A stretch of 60,300 nucleotides of DNA, counting the filler, from Sphacelaria rigidula (Eukaryota), in NCBI GenBank assembly GCA_964200075.2. It is 7 parts of 7 records of this genome, joined end to end, with 100 filler letters (N's around TTAATTAATTAA, not from the genome) between each part and the next. Parts side by side here need not be neighbours in the genome. Positions count along the whole stretch, not along the records: positions 8,631 to 17,159 come from CAXNAA020010876.1; positions 17,260 to 25,788 come from CAXNAA020010877.1; 5 more parts are not named here. One strand, written 5' to 3'. The position numbers were made by a program, and so were the translations under genes. Positions 11,246 to 24,413 of the stretch are shown here, piece after piece. Position 1 is the stretch's first letter; each line of letters opens with the position of its first letter. The notes beneath the pieces are model-generated. The model did no database searches and was not told the DNA's origin. It saw only the letters and a list, made by a program, of their open reading frames with translations.

Positions 11246-11708
11246 AGGTCAGGTAGAGTATATCCGGTACTCGGTATTTATCAAAAGTGACACTCTCAGT
11301 ACCCAAAATTTGGGTAGAGTATTTGATATCATCGGCAATCTACCCAAAATTTGGGTGGAGTTTTTTGAGGTGATATTCAATCTGCCTAAATTTTGGATAG
11401 ATCATTGAAGTCACACCCAAGTTATACTCTATACTCGAGTGTTACTGGTAGTACTCACCCAATATTGGGTAGAGTATTTGAGGTCGTACTCAATCTACCC
11501 CAAAATGGGGTAGAGGATGGAGGTCATACCCAAGTGATAATCCATACCCAGATATTGTCAAGAGCCCTTACCCAAGATTGGGTAGAGTGTCTGAGGTCGT
11601 ACACAACCTACTCAAAATTTGGGTGGAGTGCCATACTCGGTTTACCCGAACGCTGGGTAGAGTGTGTATTTTACCCGAGTATTCAATAGTACATACCCTA
11701 CCCGACCT
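11246..11708. mobile_element. Foldback/MITE-like element with internal palindromic subrepeats
   Basis: Terminal inverted repeats aggtcaggtagagtat / ataccctacccgacct (14/16). Internal array of tacccaaaat(t)ttgggtagagt units. Confidence 0.75.
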
Positions 11709-13132
11709 GCGGTTGCACTTTTTGTGTGGCGCCGCTGCACTCAGCTGTCTGGCTGGCATAAGGGACTGTGATCAGGGTGGAAGGTCACGAATTTGAATCC
11801 CGACAGTTTTTTTTGTGCAGAATCTGATCCCGTCGTGAAGATTATACCTTATCCAATATATTTACTGTTTTTTAGCGGCAAATATTGTCGTCAGCAGGTT
11901 GGTCTGCAGTTCACAGCGATATCCTCACATAGTGTCGAGAAAAGTCCTCTCTGGAGCACGTGAAGCGCAGTAAACTTTGTCGCCAGGTTGAGTGTCCAGC
12001 ATTTGGTTCAAGGCTATTTTGATGATTCGCTCTAGCTTGATCAATTTTTCGTTTTTTCGTTATGTGTATGTGTGTCTTTGTTGCTTCTAGGGCCGATCTC
12101 ATGTGAATAATGAAGAATCTCCTTGGAAGCTGCCTCTTTGGTCTTTCTGCGTCGTTTAACGTCCTGAAAGAACGTTGGCCGAATCTTGGCACCTTGGGAT
12201 GACTCACTATACGGTCTGAGACCGTTCCTGGACACCTTTGCATTTTCCGGTGGCCGCAGTTTTTTTTGCTTACAACTGCCATTTTTTTATTGCTTGACTG
12301 TTATTTAAAATGCAAGTTTAGCCTAAAGTACCCGCGGTCACCGGGAAACGCGAAGGTGGCCTGGAACGATCTCAACGAGTATAGCAAGGCATTTCAACGT
12401 GTCGAGATTCGCCTAGCCTCTTTTAGGGCGTAAAACGACACAGAGGGACCACAAGGATAATTTTCAACGAATTCTTTTGAGTTGCACATGAGAAGTGGCC
12501 TAAATCACCTTTTCTCACCGTGTTTTGTTTTAGTTGGATTTTCAGTTTTGGAACATACGCCCAGTTTTTGGCCTTGAAGTATCGCCATCCCATGTCGTGA
12601 AACTTCGCATCACCCTGCCGAGGAGAATCCTAGCCCACTTTTCCTGTTCGCTTGACTCCAGTGTTTCCGACATGCCCCCTCATGAAAAATCCAACCAGAC
12701 ATGATAAATACGGTGTCTGCATCAGTAGTTTTTCAATATTTGCACATCGTGCTCACATTTTTTCATGTCCAGTTGGATGTCTTTTCAGAGCTATCGTCGA
12801 AACGTCGGAGTAAAGCGAATCGAAGAGGTGGACTAAACTTCATTCGGTGGGGTGATGCAAAGCGTCCCAGGCATGTGTTGACGCCCTATTTGGAGGCCAA
12901 AAGCTGGGTCAAATGCCCCGAAACTGAAAGCAGAAAAATAGAGGTCCATCAATGCCATGTGCTTACAGCTGCACGTCGATATCCTACTCGGGGACATCGA
13001 AGGCACCAGTGGCAATTTACCACAGGAAGCGTATAAGACCTAAAGTAGCATTTCGGCAGTAGATACTGTTTCAGGAATAGATCGAATATGTATGTGATTC
13101 TGGAGTTGTAGATTTTTTCTCCAATACTTTTG

Positions 13133-14110
13133 GGACCGGGCCTCCAGAACGACCAATGAGGCTGGTTAGGAATGGCGTGTCTGGCGTCTGCACGAAACAG
13201 TGAATTCATGTAGCTGGAAATCAACGTATGTAACCGCGGGGTTGGGAGGAAGACCGAAACTTTTATCCAATCTATTTTCAGGTGCAGGTACAAACTGTAA
13301 TTGGGGTGAGGTGAATATTAGGTAATAAATAGATTTCACAGGCAGTATGAGTCACCGTAGAAAGTTTTCAACAGGATGTGGCCACCGGCGGGCCGCCCGC
13401 CACTTGTGACGGTCGATGTTTTTAGCGTCCCCATCACCTTGACACAGCCCTTTGTGGTCGGGGTGGGCCGCTATTCCCCTCCTTGTTGCAAGCGGTAAAT
13501 TTTCTTCGAAGGGCATAGGTGTTGTGGTGCACACACAGTGCACCATGCCTCTCCGACTGCAGCAGCAGCAGCTGCTGCTGCATACTCCCTTACACGTTCT
13601 GGGCAGTTCGCAGCTACGGAGATCAGCTACCTATACACGGCTTGTTCATCCCCGCCCACTATATACATGTTTACTGCACGCCGCAAGGCATCGGCAAAGG
13701 GATAGGCGGAACTCATGACTATAGCTTCTTCTCTCGTTCCACGGTCCAGCTGAGTTTGGTGCCCTCGTGAAAATGACCACACTGTGGCATGTACTCGACG
13801 CTTTTTCCCGACTTCCCCCCCCCCCCCCCTCTCACCAATTACGTGTTGGTGTAATTACTAACTTTTAGTATAGCTTGGCGACCATTGAAAAATCCGGGAA
13901 ATCACGGGAGCGCTATACTGAATGTAACTAAAACGAAAAATCGTTCCCCAACCATCCGCGCATAGGATACATGGGAAGGCGTTTTATCTGGGCCAGGAAC
14001 AAGGCCCCCACATGATCTTGGTAGTGACATCAAATTCGGTTACAACCCCCGCACTGGTCGTTCGGATCTGGACAATAAATTTAGCCTCGGCGTGATTGGG
14101 CAAGTCGCTC
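13133..14110. repeat. ~1-kb dispersed repeat of unknown class (copy 1)
   Basis: Colinear with 40065-41023, from ggaccgggcc..cagaacgaccaatgaggctgg to gattgggca.gtcgctc. The adjacent 12954-13025 recurs at 42972-43044. Confidence 0.8.
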
Positions 14111-16892
14111 CCTAACTTTTAAAATTATTTTTCGAAGACATGGAATATACATTGATGACATCCCACGGCAAAGAGCTCTCATTCGAGCAGCTCGTCGACT
14201 GACTCGGCGGAGTATTCTCCAAGGAACACAAGTCGTTAAAGGGATTCAATTTTTCGACTATTCGGGTTCGTACTCTCAATTGAATGCCTGATGCTCACTC
14301 TGGCAAAAAGACGCTTTTTCGAACTATGCTTGATTTTGCAGGATCTCTGCTTGCCCTTGTGGGCATCACGTACAAAACTGCCTTGTACAGTACACCAGCA
14401 CACAGGTGACTGCGGTCGATGTGACCATGCGGTCATGACCGGCCGCACGTGTATTCGCCATTACCCAGGGTGCACATGAAATTCAAGTATGCACCTGGTG
14501 CACATAAAATTCATTCCTTTCATTTGATTATTTTTTTCCCTGCGTTATCTGTACCCTTTTTTTTTTTTTTTTTTTTTTTTTGTTTTTTCTTTTTAATTTA
14601 CTCTACTTTTGTTTTTTTTTCTTCTCCCTTTTGCTTTTTTTTTTCTTAACGAACCTCTCCGTTTTTCACCTTGGGTGCGTCTATCCTGTCTCCACGGCTG
14701 GGTCGCTCGGATTTCACTTGATTGTGCGACGTCAAACCGAATCATATCACTCAGTATATCACAATATCAATGTTGAATCAGGCCGCTTTTGGAGCCTGAG
14801 GGGCATCGATCTCTGACTCGATCGTTTTGCTCGCGCACAAATGATGAGGGCGTTACCTATTTCACGGGTTCATGACCACACCGTGCTGTAGATCACCTGT
14901 TCGTGCCGTGCTGTGCAAAGCACGCTAGCGGCGTTAACACGTAAGACGCCCATCCCATCCCTGGTGAGCGAGCGTGATGAACATGGTGAAATCCAAGTGT
15001 CTAGTCGTGTTTGGCCTGACATTTAGGACCTGATTTTCTGACTGACTTGTGAAGGAGTCATGGCGGACCCGTGATTGGCGGGCCCCGAAGCGTTCCCGTC
15101 ATACGAGTAGCTCTTTTGATGGTCTTTTTTTTCAAACGCTTCACCGCCAGGGCGGATCATCTGTTTAGTCGGCGCCACTTGAAAGTGATTGGAAGACCCA
15201 GATGACCTATTCTGGCGATCGAAGGGTCTAGCCATTGGACGGGTTGCTGCCTTACTGATGGTTCGGGAGAATAAACGGGCAGGATAACGGGAACATGGCC
15301 AGGGACACGGCGGTTCTGTACCGATCATGTGGTATGGCTTGGAACCTCACGTTAGGATGCACGCAGTAGAATATCTCCACGATGCGAGCTCTATTGCTCG
15401 CATGGTATCACGCAGACCTGAATATAGCTTTTACTTGGCAGTTGACTGAGTATGGTGTACTTGTATGGGCTCGATCCAACAAGAACTGGACGAAAAGCGA
15501 TGTTTTTAGATGCCATGAAACAGTCCACGAGTAATGCAAACGATGCACAAACTTCCCCGTTTCCATTTAAACCTCTTGACTGCCAGGGTGGCTCATTTGG
15601 ATCATGCAGTCATTGCTCGAGTGAAGGTAATCCCGAATCATCAGACTACCCCTCCTGACGGCCAAACGGTAGCATTTTGGGTGTCCGTCTGGGTGTCGTT
15701 CACCCCGTACTGAGCGGCTTCCCCGTGAACTAATGCGTCTTGTAGTAGGCTAGAAGAGGGATCACGACAGATGTATTGACCTGTGGTTGAGCGCTCCGCA
15801 GATGCTGACAAGAACGATTGTACGTGGAAGAGTATTTACATTTTGCATGAACCCGAGGAACGTCGAATAAATCGTCAATGATTCCTGTTGAACGAGAGCT
15901 AGGCCCTGCAGTACCCGGTTCTGTCAAGTTTCCGTCCGTCTCTTCGATCATGTTGTAAGTTTAAACCCCGATCTCCCGATAACGAAGAACGAACCGACTC
16001 GGATCGAGAGTCATTTTCGCATGAAGTGGGTCAAGATTTGCCCCCAAGACCATCTCTCGAAGACACAAACTCAGGGACACACGAAACTGGGTGATCCTAT
16101 ACCGGGTCGCACATGGAGGCCAATTTTGTCGTTTTCAACCGGGTACCAGAAGTGTTGGTCCGCCATCCTCGAGAGCCCACAGCTATCCACCACGCTCGCC
16201 CATGAGGGGTGATATGTTCATATATATTTGTGTGTGATGATCGCTTTTGGCATGCTTCGCATGTCACGGCACGAAGAGACTGCGAAGTCCCGTCACCGGT
16301 AATAAACAGCACACCTGCCTTCACCAACAGTCTCGTGGTTTCGGCATGCGCGAGTATGAGTACACCCCCCGCCCTACCCTTTCCCATACTATAGAAAGTA
16401 GACACTCTTGAGTGGTGCCATTCCTTTGTGAATATTGTCGGTGAGCCCTTCTCTTGGCACCGTGAGAGTTGGGACATGATGTTTGGTTGATACGATTGCT
16501 CCGTCTTCTACTCACGCTGCGTTCGATCTTTTTATGTTCCCGACCACTGAAAACCCACGTGTCACATCTGCCTAATCAACCTGTCGAGCATCATGTGACT
16601 CCGCTCATACTGCTGTGTGCAGTGCATTCTCACCCATGTTTTCACGGCGTGTACCGTGTCTTACCTGCTTACCTTTGCGCTTATGTTTCACCCAGTTTCG
16701 CTCATGTCTGCATCCTGTTTTCGACGGAGCGCCTGGGTTGAACCCAATAAATGCACCCACCCATGTGATGTCATTAACAGCCGGTGTCGCTATTCCATTG
16801 TCCACTCGACCCCGACAAAAACCCGAAGCCCGACTCAACCAACCCCAAAAATGAATCGTCCCCACAACCCCCCAATCATTTCTGGGTATCAG

Positions 16893-17044
16893 GAGCGCCC
16901 GTCGCGATACATGCCGGCGTGGGGAGGATTTTGTTCGTGGGGTATCTCAAATGAAGATTGGTGGACTAAAGATAGTCTGGGCCCCGATGCAGATCCGCAC
17001 AGCTGGCTCATCACCGACGACGGCGTTCTGCATTTTTTCCGCAG
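16893..17044 (+). CDS. Internal exon of a YHS-domain (YHS/seleno-protein family-like) protein
   Basis: cag|ERPSRYMPAWGGFCSWGISNEDWWTKDSLGPDADPHSWLITDDGVLHFFR|gtgagt. Matches the PxxYxPxxGGxC...DPxxWxIxDGxL pattern. Confidence 0.75.
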
Positions 17045-17159
17045 GTGAGTGGTCTATGGTTGACAGCTGAGTTGTCGATGTCGTAGTCTTATTCGCCGCC
17101 CATGGAAGACGTGGAGCCGGCGGCGGCAACGGATACAAGAATTCCAGCCTCAGTCGCGG

Positions 17160-17259
17160 NNNNNNNNNNNNNNNNNNNNNNNNNNNNNNNNNNNNNNNNN
17201 NNNTTAATTAATTAANNNNNNNNNNNNNNNNNNNNNNNNNNNNNNNNNNNNNNNNNNNN
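17160..17259. other. Artificial contig spacer
   Basis: Identical N44-TTAATTAATTAA-N44. Confidence 0.98.
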
Positions 17260-17870
17260 TATACTGTAACGCCGTACGGGTCAGGGCTTTCCTATGTTTT
17301 TGTTGTCTTAACATTACAAACCGTTCCGATATCTGCGCGGTACATCCGTACTAGGCGTCCAATGCGAACGCCTTCCGTGGTCACAGGCTAGCTTCTTATG
17401 ATAAGGTATGAGGGGGGGAAAAAACTCAGAAAAAAACACAGACGCGATACAAGCAAAATAGGAGTAAAGAAGAAAGAAGAAGGAAGAAGGAAGAAAGAGA
17501 TATACAATGGCTAACCTCAAAAGACCAGGTGCCGCAGGTGGCCATCCGGATTTCAGGGGGCGGCCTGCGCCCGACTTTTCAACTCGACGCGCGAGGCCAA
17601 GTAGAAATGGACATAGGGTCTTACTACGGGCCAAACGCAAGGCCCCAAGACCACCAACCAAAGAACTAAGAATGGCAAGGTTCTACCCTTCTACCTCTCG
17701 ACGGACAGCCACACTACAAGCACACAAGGCAATTCAAGACAAGCACCCCATGACATAACGACATCCCTCATCCCCCCTTCTCTGGACCGCCGTCGTTTCT
17801 GTGCTGGCTTCGTTAGTGTCTCGTTCAATCGCACGCAGTCGGTTGGCCTCCTCTTCGAGTAAACACAAAT

Positions 17871-18245
17871 TGTGTGTGTGTGTGTATGTGTGTGTTGTCA
17901 CCCCATCTATTCTGGACACCGGTAACCATTTTCGGTCTCCGTAGGTGCATCAGCCGGGGTAACACAAGAGGGAGGCCAACGCAGGACCTTTTCTTTTTTC
18001 TTCAAGTTCTCCACCTTCCTTCTGCGGTGCTTGCCATATTCTTTATCGCGAGAAGGGTTCAGTGGTCCCTTCCCCTCGTCGACCGTCAAGTCGAATTTTG
18101 TGTACCCATGACATAGTCTCTCTCCACTACTGTTGGGTATGGTGTGAGAACAAATCCCAGATCGTGTGACTGCACCGAGATTCAAACTCACGACCCAACC
18201 GTCAGAAGATTTCGAGGTTACTAACTTAGCCACCGGGGCGACCGG
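17871..18245 (-). mobile_element. tRNA-derived SINE, family 1
   Basis: Reverse-complement homolog of 10381-10719 with a (TG)n tail. Confidence 0.85.
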
Positions 18246-19664
18246 CACTCAGAAGTTGCTTTTTCGACTTACATGTGTGTGGAGTTACGTCGTCGCCGAA
18301 AGTTCGAACGTTTCTCGTTTCTCGCTTCGGTGTAAATTCGTCGGAGTAACTTGATGAGAACGTGGTGGAACTGAACATGAGAACTTGGTGGGACTCGTTC
18401 TACGGTGGTCCCCCCCCCCCAGCTTGGTAGCATTTCTTTCACGAAAAAATGGTCATACAGCGCACAGAGATATGACTGGTTTTAGAAACCAGATCGTAGA
18501 ACTCATTGCGACGTATAGCTGATTTCACGAAGGGGCCCATGAAAGGGGTGGTTCTGCGATTTCAAGCCTGGCTGATTCGCTTCCATTCTCTCGTACCCGA
18601 CTTTTGGGTGATAACACGGTAGCCCTTCCTTGGAAAAGTGCAGTGGGGACCGAGGCAGTATTTACATGTGTGTGGCGTGTTTAGAGCTTGTTTCTGAAAC
18701 CAGCTCTATCTGCCTTTTCAAGATATATTTCAAGAGCTGGTTTCTGGAGCCAGCTTCTGCATTCTTTACGTAAGAAGTCTAAGACACGGTTTCTGAAACC
18801 GCCCATCATCTCGATACGCTGCCTGGTCAATTCTTCGTTGCAGCTATTTGACATTTTCGGGAGGGGAAGGCAATCGTGACACAACTTCCTTTTTCTGTGA
18901 GGGGGGATGGTATGGATGTTATCTTAAAGAAGGGGTGAATTAACACGAGTGGATATCGAGGACTCATGATCTCTGCACGAATAGAAAGTAGACGACATGT
19001 ACAAAAGTATCTCTGGCATCTCACCTGGAAATTTTGCTGCTGTTGTACATCTATTATTTACGACTCTTGTCTTGCATTCCCTGAAAAATAAACAGCTGAA
19101 TGTTGCATAGAAAACGGGATTTTCCGGCTGTGTGGAAGGATATGTGTGGCAGTATAGCTTACCACTTGGGAGGGTGCTATGGTTGATTTTTAGTCCGACT
19201 TGACTTTAGTGTGGACACCGAAATCCGTATCTTTAATGGGGATGTGCTCCAAGCGCGCTCCTGGCATTCACAGAACGCGTTTTTGTCTAAATAGACGCCT
19301 GGGGCGCCGATTTGAGGTTTGGCAACGCACACTTCGCCTAGGGAACATTTTTATCTCCCCTTGCCCGAGGGTTCCGGGTATGCCTCCGTTGGGGTCAGGG
19401 TTAGTATTAGTGTTATAGTTTGTTCGAAATCATAAATTTCCAAGAAATTTCTCACCCTTCCCGAGGTGCTGACTTCGTCATCCACGGTAGTTCAAATCTC
19501 TTTTCTTGTCCACGGTCGAACTAGTGCTGCGGAGGAGCAGCTAGGGTTGGACAAAGATCTCAATATTCGTGCGTTGAATGATGGAGAAGGTTGGCCTGTT
19601 CAAAGGATCGCCAGGTCTCCGCTGTTTTTATTGTCAAAGGAACCTCTTCGTATTCCCAGTTGAG

Positions 19665-19922
19665 TGATGCCGCGACAGCCCGCCCCCAAACCGCCCCCGA
19701 AACTGTCACGAAGAAAAATAGAGCCATACAGCACATGATAGCTGTTAATAGTTTCAGACCGCGTGAAGCGCCTCATGTAAGCCACATCGGCGAATACGGT
19801 CCCAAGCGTGGGGCTCCCAGCTGCTCGGTATGCTCGGCTTGTGTCATTTTGATTCATATATATGTATATATATTACCTCCTCAAATCAGCCACTTCTCTG
19901 GGGGGGCGCTATCGCAGCATCA
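19665..19922. mobile_element. MITE family with tgatgccgcgatagc-(C)n terminal inverted repeats
   Basis: Left tgatgccgcgacagcccgccccc, right ggggggcgctatcgcagcatca. Homologous copies at 26404-26643 and 47321-47562; isolated end at ~8395. Confidence 0.75.
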
Positions 19923-21444
19923 GTTAGTAGTATAATGGACAGGCCATGGTAGGTACCGTCATTTTGTACGCTTCGTGGAACGAGTCGAGGGAAACGGTCT
20001 AAGCAAGACATCAGGCATCGCTGAAATGCCTCGAAGGTGGCTTGAGTACACAATGTACCAGGTGGCATCTACCAAAACAGCGAAGGAATTACCCTATTCC
20101 ACTAGTTTGAGCGAGTTTTTCTGTCGGCATTCTTGAGCGCGGTTTACAGAGACCTAGGCAAGGGTCTCCGTAAAGCATGACATTGAGGAAAAGTCGTATT
20201 CGCAGAGTGATCCCCTGATGGAGGTATACTCATGATCTTGCATGCTGTAGTCAGACGACCATTGACCTCGCATCGCTACAAAGCCGGTGTGGAGCAAGCT
20301 GGTTTTTTGTCGAACCAGGCTCGCAATCAATCACCAAGCGCGAAGCGCCGTGATGTGTTCGGCGAGTCGCATGTAGGGTGAGCTGCCTCCTGCTAAGATT
20401 GTTCGCCCTGAAGCGGAATGCTTATCTTGCTCGTGGATGACAGACTCGAATGAGATACTTCATTTTCTGGTATCGCCACTTCCACCCCCAACGGGAAGGG
20501 GGGGTGCTCTTTAGGGGCGAAGATGGGCGCTGCGACTTCAATGTTTACACTCTACTGTACAGTGATGTATATCGGTAGCTGCTTCCAGTTTTTGCTCAGT
20601 AGCATCGTTTTTGCTCTTCTTCACAGTATACACTTGTCTTCCATATCACTGATACAGCATTGACTGCACATCTCAATGTAGAAGCTTCTTCCCATATATT
20701 TCATCACACGAAGGCACTGTGGTGCACATGCCCAGCAAATGTTCCAGTAGCTCGCGGGTTTGCGCTTGATACAAGCTACGTACTGTGGTACGAATGTTCT
20801 ACTGTAGCACGCCCGAGATTCATGCTATTTACGTGCGAAGTAGTGAGGGAGCAGTAGCAAGTAGCATAAGTGTGAATAACACAAGACTGGCGGCAAGTCC
20901 GTGTTGAGATTTTGGGTAAAGCAAGAGCTTCCGAATCTAACAATGATGCCGAGCTCGACACCAGCTACAAGTAAAAGCTTCATGCTATATCAAGTTGTCA
21001 AAACGGATTCGCTCCCAGTCTTTTTGTAAGTTGATGCTATTTGCCTTGATCTAAAGTTGTTCTCACAGGATTCTTAATTGTATAATGATACCTCGTCGTT
21101 TCGAATTACCAATAATAATTCATTCAAAATCAGGTATGAATGAAATCATGTATGCCCCCCTCTCCCCCCCACACCCTCTTTTTCGTTGTTGTTGCTCCGT
21201 CTCGAAAGGGATGTGTGGTCAATGATGGCCAAACGACAAAGGCAAGCAATAAACGAGGGCGCCCCCCCTCCCCCTCCCCCCGTCCCGGCTTTGTGGGGAT
21301 GCGACGTCAATGGCCATATGATTACGGCATGCAAAATCATGAGTGCACCCCCGCCCCGCCGCCGCCCCCCCCCTTATCGTAGGATCACCATGCAGTAGAA
21401 AATAGTACCTTCTAGATCGCGCTGCGTGTAGTACGCTGCCCTGT

Positions 21445-21750
21445 TTTTTGGCCCGCTGTAAATCCCTCTACTTCCTCAAGACGAGTCCGTGGTTTCAAGG
21501 GATCAAATCATATCTCCTGCGGTACACGCCTTTGCAAATTTGGTATCGCGGATTGGGTCATGACCATCAACACTCCCGCACCGTGTCGACTCTCGTCAAA
21601 TAAGCTTTTTAGCTACTCTCGTTCTCTCGTTTTCAACGACGGAAATGAAGAGCTTTCTCAGAAATTTCCCGAATTCATCTGTCGGGAATCGAATCCGTAC
21701 GTTTCCCGATCAAATAGCTTTCAATCGTACCATTAGATCACCGGAGCACC
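21445..21750 (-). mobile_element. tRNA-derived SINE, family 2
   Basis: Minus-strand head ggtgctccggtgatctaatggt...ggattcgattccc (A/B-box-like). The 3' half recurs at ~32605-32730 (+). Confidence 0.65.
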
Positions 21751-22487
21751 GCGTTTTGTGGTAGTTAACGTAATGTCGCCATTGAGAGAGATTCTGCGTT
21801 AAAGCAATGCCTAGACCACGCACGGAAGGGGGACGCGCGTGCCTGGATACAGGAAGTTCACCCCCGTAGCGCCCAGGTCGCTAGCTGAACGTCTGGTGTA
21901 CGAATTATCGAAAGGATTCGGAATACGAGTTGTTTTTGGTCAAGAGACAGCGCCTAGATGAAAAAACAAACATGACTACTTTTGGGTCGAAAAGGCCGTG
22001 GCGTTCCTATGCCTTGTTTCACAACTGATCGCACATCGGACAGCTCATGAACTACCTGAAACAGTTGATCAAGGAGGACTCTCAGATGCAATGGTCCAAA
22101 AACGAAAAATACGTGACCGCGGTGTCAGAGAAGTCAAAGCGCAACTTTTGTGCTACACCGCGTCCTCGGCGTCCAGCGCTGTACGGAGAAAATATGGGAA
22201 CAGGGCCCAAGTGAGCTAGCTCATGATTCAGAACAGTATGTTGAGGAATACGCAGTATGTATACACTGTGTTTTGCCAATTAGGTAGACTCACCAGTAGA
22301 CACGAGACTTTGTGAAGTACGTTCCAGGAATAAGAGTTGTTCGAGAAAAAGAGACTTCGAGGATAGCGGGCGGTTAGTACGGGCGATTTCCCTAGTTAGC
22401 GCGTGATTAGTGCGGGTGATCAATGCGGGTGATTTCCCCAGCGAATTTTAGAATTCGGGAGATAGGAGGAGCTGGGCAGGAAAGGGA

Positions 22488-22497
22488 NNNNNNNNNN
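22488..22497. other. Internal 10-N scaffold gap inside a short tandem repeat
   Basis: Flanked by ggaggagctgggcaggaaaggga and ggaagagctaggcaggcaaggga. Confidence 0.85.
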
Positions 22498-23702
22498 GGA
22501 AGAGCTAGGCAGGCAAGGGAGCCCCCCTTTTGCTTACTTCCTTCCGAATTCCTTCCGACGTATTTTTTTTTATTTTCTTCTGACAGCTAGCTTACCGCTG
22601 TCTACGTCTACTCCTCGGTAAAGCATAGTACGCCGAGTACATCTCTGGTTAGGGATTGAGAGCCACTGAGAGCCATCAAGGTTCTCCGATAATAATAAGA
22701 CGTTTAGATCATTTCCACCATCAGGACACGCTTGACTGCTGTCTGAGCATGGTGATTGCTCCAGCGTCTGAGACTGAAAGCCGTGTCCACATTCGTGAAC
22801 CACCACGGTTAAATCAACACAGTATACTACTGAAAAGTACTCCGGAGTAACCTTTGGGTAACTCATGAGCTGTCCGACGTGTGAAAATGACCGTGCGCAC
22901 ATGGTGCGCGACAACAAACATGGGATACACTTGACCATGATGTGTCGAACCTACTATTATGAGATGATCGTGTTAGCAGCACTCTTGCTCATTCATCCTT
23001 GTAACAATATTCCACAGACCGTAGCCTAAGGGCGCGCCGTGGTTTACAGTACGTCCTAGTATCCGTTCGGCGCCGACTCAACCATAGCTGACGCGGCCAT
23101 AAATTGTGTCAAGATGGCACCCGACACCTGATAGTTCCGTTATGGATTATACCCTAGTATTTTATGTTGTAGTCAGGCTGGAGTCTCAAACGAAACGATG
23201 TAGGGCTCTATGTATCGTAAGGAATAGCATGGTCTTGGTACGACGAGCTCACGTCTGTGACCACGAGTTCGAGAGATCAGACTAATGTGCGAAAACAATA
23301 ATAATAGTAACAATCCTAGGAGCCAAGGAGAATGCCAACAAGAATGTTGAGCGCCAATGCCCAGCCGGCGTCTATCTATCCTTACCCCAATCGATGACTG
23401 TCCAGATCTCGGGATCTTCAGCTGCTCATCACTAGACATTATTTTTATCGTTAGTGGAATGCTCGGCAAACCCGGGCAGCTGTACGAGCAGCGTACTTGC
23501 CGACTCTGAATATATGAGGATATATCAAATTATCGTCTAGGCAATATCACTATATTTCCTTCTACTCCTGTTTCGGCTGTTGAGTCGAAGCTCTCCCCTG
23601 CGAGGTGCATCCTATCTCTCGCTTCGGCAATTATGATTTTTCATGAGCATTACATGTACGCAAAGTGAAGAAAACTGTGGTGCTTTTAAAAAAATGTTTG
23701 TG

Positions 23703-24007
23703 AGAAAAAATTCGACTTGATAATGATCGACGAGGCAAAGGACCTGCTGAGCCCCTCTCGCGATAAAAAATAAAAGACAAGCACAGCAGGAGGAAAATAG
23801 AGAACTAAAACAAGATAAAAAAAAAAATCCTGTGTTGGCCTTCCCCCTGTCTATGGCATGCACGAGCAGGAGTACCCCCGGGGGGCCCCCCGCTGGGGGG
23901 CCCGATCATGAGTACACCCTGTGTGACCCCGGCTGGTGTGCCCATATATACCGAAAGGTGTAGACCGGCGTCCAGAATAGACGGGACGACAACACACACA
24001 ACACGCA
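23703..24007 (+). mobile_element. SINE family 1, 5'-truncated, with GC-rich palindromic insert
   Basis: 3' part ccgaaaggtgtagaccggcgtccagaatagacgggacgacaacacacac matches the other copies. Confidence 0.8.
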
Positions 24008-24049
24008 TATGTTTCCATGTGTGTGTGTGCTTTAGTCTGCTTTGTTTGT

Positions 24050-24413
24050 CTTTGATTGAGTGATTGATTGTCGCACTTTAACTGACCCCCCAGGGGTCCA
24101 GCTGTGGTCTCTGTTATAGCTTTTCAGTTTTTTTCAGTTTTTTTCAGCGAGTGTTTCCGTTTCCGTTGTATTTACCTCGGGTATCGTACATCTATCTTTT
24201 GGATAATGACCAAGACTGGGTCCCTCGTGGGTCGGTTAATGTGCCACAATCAGTCAAAATCAACCAAATGTATTCACATATTTTCTGCACTGCCATTGGA
24301 GATCGGATACCTTATATGCCTTGGGTACGTCCACCCTGTGACAACGGCTGTGTTCGCGGCGGAGCAGTTAATGTTGACGTGCGATTGTCCACCAATCGAA
24401 TCAATCAATCAAT
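24050..24413. repeat. Cluster of three copies of a (CAAT)n-tailed short repeat
   Basis: Copies at ~24050-24135 (-), ~24165-24265 (+) and ~24318-24413 (+). Further copies at ~14660-14745 (+) and ~53480-53600 (-). Confidence 0.65.

Noticed and set aside
16097-16477. Possible copia GAG-pre-integrase remnant (H..R.L..G...CEAC) or ankyrin-like HAETTRLLVKAG
   Set aside because: No recognisable integrase core or other supporting motif follows; too weak to call.
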